A DNA stretch of 53,333 nucleotides. Source: a bacterium (lineage in GTDB: Bacteria; Patescibacteriota; Minisyncoccia; Phycocordibacterales; UBA5272). Location: the NCBI GenBank assembly GCA_043719155.1, contig JAYSUJ010000002.1, forward strand, positions 1 through 53,333. The letters are read 5' to 3'. Shown here piece after piece: positions 47,327 through 53,333 of this stretch. The notes beneath the pieces were generated by a model. That model did no database searches, had not been told where the DNA came from, and worked only from the letters and a program-made list of their open reading frames with translations. Within the stretch, counting starts at the first letter, position 1, and each line of letters begins with the position of its first letter. Position numbers and translations under genes: made by a program.

Positions 47327-48019
47327 ATGTCAGAACCAGGGTTTAACCCAAGCAAAAGACAACGCAAGATTGTTGCTGAAATTAGAGCAGCTGCTCATGA
47401 GAAAGATAAATATCAACTAGATATAAAAAGTACAAGTCTTGCCTTTGCCAGACAGTTTAGTGAGGCGAAATTGATGGACCAAGTTTTAACATATCTCACC
47501 TTTAAAATGTTTGAGGAAAGTGAGCCAGGTATAGTTTTGTCTGACGAAGAAATCTGGGCCAAAATACAAAGTGTAATTGGGGGTGAATTTATTTTAGATT
47601 ATGCTGTTTGTGAATTTGAAGAAGCCCTAAATGTAAAAGCTGACAATCTAGGCTTACCCGAAATGGAGTTTGAAGACCAAGATGCTTTAGTAGAATTCCT
47701 TGTAAGTCCAGGGGCAAGAAAATATCTAAACCTGAACGACATACCCGATGGTGAAATGACGGATCTTGAAACAGAGAAGACAGATCTTTTGGATTGGTTT
47801 ATGGAGATACTGGAAAAGGTTTTTGGAGAAAAACATACCGCCCTATTTACTGAAATAAAAAAACAAATATATTCTACTAATTTGGAACTAAGAACTAAAG
47901 ACATGTATTACACCCCCTGGACCATGATCGTGCATGTGGTATTTGCAAACATTTACAATGTTGGTCAAAAGCATTACATGGATTTTGTGCAAGACCAAGA
48001 CCTCGACCCAGAAAACTAA
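47327..48019 (+). CDS. Acidic hypothetical protein
   Basis: 230-aa ORF 3 bp after recA; no family recognised. Confidence 0.7.
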   Translation: MSEPGFNPSKRQRKIVAEIRAAAHEKDKYQLDIKSTSLAFARQFSEAKLMDQVLTYLTFKMFEESEPGIVLSDEEIWAKIQSVIGGEFILDYAVCEFEEALNVKADNLGLPEMEFEDQDALVEFLVSPGARKYLNLNDIPDGEMTDLETEKTDLLDWFMEILEKVFGEKHTALFTEIKKQIYSTNLELRTKDMYYTPWTMIVHVVFANIYNVGQKHYMDFVQDQDLDPEN

Positions 48020-48093
48020 AAATGTACATAAAAAACAGCTATAGAAAAATAGCTGTTTTTTTGCTATAATACAGCCATAGAATATAAACAAAT

Positions 48094-48681
48094 ATGGCAA
48101 AATTAGACTACAACGAAATTAAACAAGGAGTGGTAATTATCCACGATGACCAACCTTATGAAGTAATAGACAGCCACTCAGCTAGAAAATCTATGGGTAA
48201 ACCTTCCAACCAAGTTAAAATGCGTAATGTTTTAACTGGGAGAACCATAGAAATAGCTTTTCACGCAGCTGACACTGCTGACGAAGCTGAGATCACCAAA
48301 AGAGACATAAAGTTTATGTACTCTACCCCCAAGGGTGAATATTGGTTTTGTGCAGCTGACAAACCAGCTGACAGATTTATGCTTGCCCAAGACGTTTTGG
48401 GAGAACAAGTAAAGTTCATGAAAACCAATATTATTGTGAAGGCTAAAGTTTTTGAATTTAATGATGTGGAAAAAATAATCGGGATTATCCTACCAGTAAA
48501 GATGGAGTTTAAAATCATCGAATGTCCACCAAATGTTCGTGGTGATACAATTTCAGGAGGTAACAAAATAGCTACAATTGAGACTGGGGCTAAAGTAAAT
48601 ATCCCGCTCTTCGTAAATAATGGAGAAACTATTCGTGTAAACACTGAGACTGGTGAGTACGTAGAAAGAGTTCGGGAATAG
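48094..48681 (+). CDS. efp: Elongation factor P
   Basis: VKMRNVLTG, PPNVRGDT, KIATIETGAKVNIPLFV, VNTETGEYVER. Confidence 0.95.
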   Translation: MAKLDYNEIKQGVVIIHDDQPYEVIDSHSARKSMGKPSNQVKMRNVLTGRTIEIAFHAADTADEAEITKRDIKFMYSTPKGEYWFCAADKPADRFMLAQDVLGEQVKFMKTNIIVKAKVFEFNDVEKIIGIILPVKMEFKIIECPPNVRGDTISGGNKIATIETGAKVNIPLFVNNGETIRVNTETGEYVERVRE

Positions 48682-48695
48682 CCAAGGCAAAAAGA

Positions 48696-48725
48696 AAAGG
48701 CGGCAACTATCGTTGCCGCCTTTTT
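48696..48725. terminator. Bidirectional intrinsic terminator
   Basis: aaaggcggcaac-tatc-gttgccgccttttt between convergent genes. Confidence 0.85.
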
Positions 48726-48741
48726 GACTTGGAGTCGAGAC

Positions 48742-48954
48742 CTACTTAACTGGTTGTTTTGTCACTTGAAACTGCCACCCAGAGTTGGTTTTAACTAGTT
48801 TTTTAGACCAGTCTATAGCCAAACCTTGGGTTGAATATTTCAGCACAAAGCTAGAGAAAGAGTTATGCTCTCTCGGATCATAGTTGACAGCCATCGGCTT
48901 GTCCTCCATATTACCCTTGCCCACGCCTATTGTACACCTAAAAACAAAAACCAC
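48742..48954 (-). CDS. Small hypothetical protein (likely start 48909, MEDKPMAV)
   Basis: Fills the gap between the rpsR-downstream hairpin and the terminator. Confidence 0.4.
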   Translation of the reverse strand: MVFVFRCTIGVGKGNMEDKPMAVNYDPREHNSFSSFVLKYSTQGLAIDWSKKLVKTNSGWQFQVTKQPVK

Positions 48955-48984
48955 AAGTTTTCACTTGTGGTAAATTGTTTACAA

Positions 48985-49194
48985 CTATCTCGCGATGTAA
49001 GGCATCAAAGCCATGAACCTTGCGTTTTTAATCGCAGAAGCCAATTGTCTTTGCATTTTAGAACTTACACCAGTTCTTTTCCCAGCCATGATACGTCCAT
49101 TTGGGTTTATAAACTTAGAGATGATTTTCACATCTTTATAGTCTATAAAATGGATATTATTTTGCTGGAAATAACATTGTTTATTATTTCTCAT
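48985..49194 (-). CDS. rpsR: 30S ribosomal protein S18
   Basis: IDYKDV, GRI..RTG..QRQLASAIKNARFMALMPY. Confidence 0.97.
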   Translation of the reverse strand: MRNNKQCYFQQNNIHFIDYKDVKIISKFINPNGRIMAGKRTGVSSKMQRQLASAIKNARFMALMPYIAR

Positions 49195-49215
49195 AATATT
49201 TTATTTTAAAACTTT

Positions 49216-49686
49216 TTAAAACGGTATGTCTTCGGGATTTATGGAGTCGCCGTAGTCTATTGTTCCCAGATTATCATCTAACTGCACTTTTTCATTTGCC
49301 CCTTCTTTAGGGTTTGTTGCTGGTTTAGCATAATCGCCACCTGCCCCACCTCCAGAAGTTTTTGGACCAAACTGTACATTTTCAGCGATAATCTCGGTTC
49401 TATACATTTTTTTACCAGTCTCTTTATCGTCCCAACTTCGAGTTGTCATTCTTCCCTCTACATATATTTGAGAACCCTTTTTCATCCATTGAGCCACAAT
49501 TTCTGCTTGCTTACCAAAACATGCAATGTTGTGATAATCTACAGCTTCTTGTTTTTCTCCTTGGGCGTTTTTCCAAGTTCTGTTAGTTGCCACAGAGAAG
49601 GCACACACTTTTGAGCCGGTCGGCAAAGATTTTAGCTCTGGGTCTCGCGTTAAATTCCCTACTACAATCGCCTTGTTGATATACAT
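49216..49686 (-). CDS. ssb: Single-stranded DNA-binding protein
   Basis: NKAIVVGNLTRDPEL, KGSQIYVEGR, DIPF tail. Confidence 0.98.
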   Translation of the reverse strand: MYINKAIVVGNLTRDPELKSLPTGSKVCAFSVATNRTWKNAQGEKQEAVDYHNIACFGKQAEIVAQWMKKGSQIYVEGRMTTRSWDDKETGKKMYRTEIIAENVQFGPKTSGGGAGGDYAKPATNPKEGANEKVQLDDNLGTIDYGDSINPEDIPF

Positions 49687-49751
49687 AATTTATTTTAATT
49701 TTATTTATAATAAATCAATTATATCGCTTTTAATAATTAGTAACAACTTGA

Positions 49752-50303
49752 CTATTTAGCTTCCACGTCTTCTTTTACAAGTGGGGTATCGCCACCTAGG
49801 TCGGTAATAGTACCTGCCTCAGCAACAACCTCATTCTTTACGTCAGCAGCAATTACCTCATCTATAAGTTGATCATTTTTCAAGTCCGCAACTTTAATTT
49901 CAGTAAGCTCTGTCAAAACTGTATTTTCTCTTAGAGTTTTTACAGTTAAGTGACGAAGACACTTTTCATTTAAGTCTAATCTAAAGTATTCCTCAATTGC
50001 CTTAATGCCAGCAGGGTCAACTTCAAACTTTACCCAATAAAAATGCGCATAGTCAGCACGTCTTATCTTGTTGTTAATATGTTTCTCAACCGTATACGCT
50101 AATTTGATGTGTACAGGAGTTCCTTCACTTATAATGTTTGCTTCCAAACCAGAAAGTTTCCCCTTTAGAGAATCTACAGTTTGGCTGAGTGCTGAACCTT
50201 CCAGTTCTGGCACAAAGAGAGCCGATATCTCGTATACACGAGATGCCCCCACGTTTGATTCTATGTTATTCATAGATGTATATTCTAACACACTTTTCTC
50301 CAC
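49752..50303 (-). CDS. rpsF: 30S ribosomal protein S6 with acidic C-terminal extension
   Basis: YEI, KLAYTV, F, LRHL pattern; rpsF-ssb-rpsR synteny. Confidence 0.88.
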   Translation of the reverse strand: MEKSVLEYTSMNNIESNVGASRVYEISALFVPELEGSALSQTVDSLKGKLSGLEANIISEGTPVHIKLAYTVEKHINNKIRRADYAHFYWVKFEVDPAGIKAIEEYFRLDLNEKCLRHLTVKTLRENTVLTELTEIKVADLKNDQLIDEVIAADVKNEVVAEAGTITDLGGDTPLVKEDVEAK

Positions 50304-50324
50304 ATTTCAATCAAAAAATATTTA

Positions 50325-51380
50325 TTAGTTGCCGCTGTAGGGTACAGTTTTAATGTTGTCTGGGTTACTGTTTAAGTTTACCGAGGCATATGTTGGCACA
50401 TGTTTAAAGGTAAAGCAAGAGTTTCCAGTGTGGTAGTCCCATGACTTGTCACCATTTTCCCAGTTAATGGTTTGAGGCATATTTGAGTTAAAATTTGCAC
50501 ATAAAGTGTAGTCTGCATCTGTTACCTTTAGAGTCATATCTGTTTTCTTTAACGAGCTAGCCACATAAGCATTGGTTATGTCTGACAGGTTGAAAATTCT
50601 CTTTCCAAAATTTTGACTTTGATTGTCTATTTCATTTTTTATGTTTTGAACATTTTGCAAAGTTATAGAGTCAAGCCTATATAGCCTAGCTTCTTTTGGT
50701 GTACCTATCACACTAAAAGAAAATACTAAAGTAAACAACGTTACAGCCACTAACAAAGTAGCAAACACTTTACTTATCATCGTCTCTCTTGGGTTTTTAC
50801 CATCGGCAACCAAGGCAAAGTACGTGGCTATCATCCCCACAATAACTAAAGCCACACCACCTTTCATAAACACAGCTATAGGTAAATTTCCATACAACCA
50901 AGAGTAAACCACATAAACAAAGCCTGAAAAAGCCATGATCGCCCCACCGATATAAACCAAAGTTTGCATAAACAAATATAGCCTTTCTGGGCGCAGGTTT
51001 TTATTTTGCTGAAACTTGGAAATTAGCCAAAATGCCAAAAATAGCGCCGTAACCGAAGACACCACCACCATAGCAAGTGGAAAAGCAAAAGCGTCGTACA
51101 CTACCCCACTTCCAGAAAAACCAGATTGCCCATAATTTGAAATAGCATTTACGGCATCTGGATATTTCAAGTCAATAAGTGAATAAAGTATAGACCAAAC
51201 AGAAGACAAACACATGTAAACCACTATCCAGAAAAATGAAGCCAGGGCCGTGTAGAGAGCTTGCCCTGGTAAATTCTCATGGGGTACAGAGTCTTTGTAG
51301 AAAATTTTAGAATAAACAATAAAACAAATTGTAAAGAATACTAACCAGCCGATAATTGGTAATAGAAATTCGAATATCAT
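50325..51380 (-). CDS. Multi-pass membrane protein, DUF5671-like
   Basis: About 7 TM segments; GTPKEARLYRLD, YTLCANF and WDYHTGNSCF motifs; ATG 51380 preferred. Confidence 0.7.
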   Translation of the reverse strand: MIFEFLLPIIGWLVFFTICFIVYSKIFYKDSVPHENLPGQALYTALASFFWIVVYMCLSSVWSILYSLIDLKYPDAVNAISNYGQSGFSGSGVVYDAFAFPLAMVVVSSVTALFLAFWLISKFQQNKNLRPERLYLFMQTLVYIGGAIMAFSGFVYVVYSWLYGNLPIAVFMKGGVALVIVGMIATYFALVADGKNPRETMISKVFATLLVAVTLFTLVFSFSVIGTPKEARLYRLDSITLQNVQNIKNEIDNQSQNFGKRIFNLSDITNAYVASSLKKTDMTLKVTDADYTLCANFNSNMPQTINWENGDKSWDYHTGNSCFTFKHVPTYASVNLNSNPDNIKTVPYSGN

Positions 51381-51429
51381 ATTTTTATATTTTTTGTCTT
51401 TTAGACTATACTGTAGTTTAGCATAAAAT

Positions 51430-51882
51430 ATGTCTAAAATTTCAGTAGTGCAAATCTTCAAGAAAAATAATCAATCAGAAAATTTAGATAAAATAATTTC
51501 TAACAATTCAGATTTTCTACACAAATTAAATGTAGAATACATAGTTTTAGACCATTTAGAAAGTTACAATATTGTGACTTTTATAAAAAAACATACTAAT
51601 CTAAAATATTTTAGAGAAAAATTTACAAATAGCAAAAAAAGCTTTTTGCAGGTAATTAATTTTGTAAGTAAAGACACAGAAAAAATTATTTTTTTAAAAA
51701 GTAACGATTTACTCTCGTTTGAAAATATTGAGTTGCTGGAAAAAAAAAGACCAAACTTATACAAAAACAAGATCTCAAAACTTGTTGAGCTAAAAGAATC
51801 AGATTTCAAATTTGATAACTTTAACCTGATTATGAAAGAAAAGAAAACTTGGTTTGAAAAAATTTATTTATTTTTTACTTAA
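51430..51882 (+). CDS. Very AT-rich hypothetical protein
   Basis: 150-aa ORF, Lys/Asn/Ile-rich; no family recognised. Confidence 0.5.
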   Translation: MSKISVVQIFKKNNQSENLDKIISNNSDFLHKLNVEYIVLDHLESYNIVTFIKKHTNLKYFREKFTNSKKSFLQVINFVSKDTEKIIFLKSNDLLSFENIELLEKKRPNLYKNKISKLVELKESDFKFDNFNLIMKEKKTWFEKIYLFFT

Positions 51883-51909
51883 TTTAAAACTTAAATTTAT
51901 CAAAATCCT

Positions 51910-53211
51910 CTACAACTTTTTAATTCCACTCAATACTAAGAATACTGCAAAAGTTGTGACTACTGGTAATATATTCCATATATAGTCGGTTGCTGGATTG
52001 GCGAATTGAAAGAAGAAAACGACGACACCGAGAACCATAGAAATCGCAATTTCTTTATCGAACTTTTTTAGATCGAACAGCATACCACCAAAAAATGGCA
52101 AGACAACAACCCCAACCATGGGTACAGTGCTTAGAAGAAAGGTGATAAACGACTCTACAAACATTGAAAGCAAAATGGTAACAAACGAAATTACACCTAT
52201 TGTTACTTGAATAAGTCTAACACCAGATACGTCTTTGAAATACTTTTTCAAATTAAATATACTCGCTGCAGTTGTACCAACATAGAAAAGCGCAGTGTCT
52301 ACAGAACTCATAAGTGCCGCCACCATAGCAATAAAAACAAATGGACTATAATCCAAGAAATATGTACCCACAACTTGATAAAAAACTTGCATCGGTTCTG
52401 TACCCGGAAAAACCGCTTTCAAGGTAAAAGCAACGTAGATAATTGGAGCCATCAAAGCCACGTATAGCAATCCACCCAAAAATACACCTTTTGTGGCAAC
52501 CTCAGCACTCTTGGCACCTAACAAGGGTTGCCACTGAGCTGGCTTAACGATATTTTGAAAGAAAATAACTGGCCCTAACATCCAAAATGCGCCCGTGAAC
52601 CATTTGGAAAACTCATAATCAACTTGTGTGACAACTGCTGGCAAGGCTAAACAAATCGCTCCAAAAACCAAGACCATCAAGACGTACTGCAAAACATCGG
52701 TTCTTACAATTGTTCTAAAACCGCCCACAACAACATAAGCAAGCGTGAGCCCAAAGGTAATTACAGTTGCCGAAAATTTATCCAATTGCAAAAAATGTTT
52801 GAAGATATCTAGGTTTGCTGAATATGCTCCAATTACGACTGTCATCACAAATAGTAAAGTAACTAATCCATAAACAAACTCGGACTTCTTCCCCACCACC
52901 AGACCAACAAAATTAGACAGAGTATGCACCTGCCCAGTTTCTGCTTTATTCCAAAATTTGGGAGCCAAGAAACCCAGCAAAAAAGTAGTTACAAAAAAAG
53001 CTGAGAACAAGCCAGCACCAGCTGGACCGAAAATAAGAATAATGCCGAACCCAAACAAAATAGAAGCAGGGTCAATAACGGCCGCTACAATCGAGCAAGC
53101 AACTTCAAAAACTTCCATATCTTTAGTCCCGACTAAATATACCTTTTCGTCTCCACTTGGAGTTCCCCTATTGGAATATTTAACGATAAAAATTATTAAT
53201 AAGGTGTACAA
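51910..53211 (-). CDS. Sodium:solute symporter (SSS) family transporter
   Basis: YLVG, YVVVGGFRTIVRTDVLQ, WQPLLGAKS, AALMSSVDT motifs; many TMs. Confidence 0.88.
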   Translation of the reverse strand: MYTLLIIFIVKYSNRGTPSGDEKVYLVGTKDMEVFEVACSIVAAVIDPASILFGFGIILIFGPAGAGLFSAFFVTTFLLGFLAPKFWNKAETGQVHTLSNFVGLVVGKKSEFVYGLVTLLFVMTVVIGAYSANLDIFKHFLQLDKFSATVITFGLTLAYVVVGGFRTIVRTDVLQYVLMVLVFGAICLALPAVVTQVDYEFSKWFTGAFWMLGPVIFFQNIVKPAQWQPLLGAKSAEVATKGVFLGGLLYVALMAPIIYVAFTLKAVFPGTEPMQVFYQVVGTYFLDYSPFVFIAMVAALMSSVDTALFYVGTTAASIFNLKKYFKDVSGVRLIQVTIGVISFVTILLSMFVESFITFLLSTVPMVGVVVLPFFGGMLFDLKKFDKEIAISMVLGVVVFFFQFANPATDYIWNILPVVTTFAVFLVLSGIKKL

Positions 53212-53333
53212 GAGAAAAAGTATTATATATTAGGACCTAAAATTCTAGTTTGAAATGCAACTAGCACTAGTGGGTTTCTAGGGAGCTTGCTCCTTAGAGG
53301 GCACTAGCAAACCGGTATTGTAAAATACCACTA

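Noticed and set aside
48742-48980. Small ORF after rpsR as a ninth cassette
   Set aside because: No long flanking inverted arms or strong SD; bounded by ordinary terminator-like hairpins.

Overview
AT-rich bacterial chromosome segment, most consistent with a Patescibacteria/CPR (Parcubacteria-like) genome. That assignment is inferred from SD-less leaders, protein extensions, giant N-x-T-rich surface proteins and GYAW-repeat/cohesin/dockerin proteins. 1-11.8 kb: tuf and a rearranged S10/spc ribosomal protein operon on the minus strand (tuf-rpsJ-rplC-rplD-rplW-rplB-rpsS-rplV-rpsC-rplP-rpsQ-rplN-rplX-rplE-rpsL; no rpmC, and no rpsN/rpsG/fusA here). The most striking feature is that eight intergenic positions of this operon carry one recurring cassette. 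In mRNA orientation it reads: optional boxA-like site, long stem arm, strong Shine-Dalgarno, small unknown ORF, GC-rich hairpin, complementary stem arm. Arm mismatches are overwhelmingly G-U wobbles on the mRNA strand, which resembles rRNA-type processing stems wrapped around mini-genes. 12-34 kb: HicAB, three giant collagen/NATxTN-repeat fibre proteins with autoproteolytic chaperone domains, and a surface-protein cluster (DUF4105, PG-binding, cohesin, dockerin). 34.3-36.9 kb: toxin array (hicB plus a deleted hicA, two orphan PemK/MazF, one unknown) separated by direct repeats, each array gene faced by a convergent consensus sigma70 promoter. 36.9-53.3 kb: S-layer-like protein with a long structured leader, RelE-type TA pair, wHTH protein, ftsK, RAYT transposase, recA, efp, rpsF-ssb-rpsR, membrane proteins and an SSS transporter. 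All calls come from reading the sequence and translations; no database searches were run.
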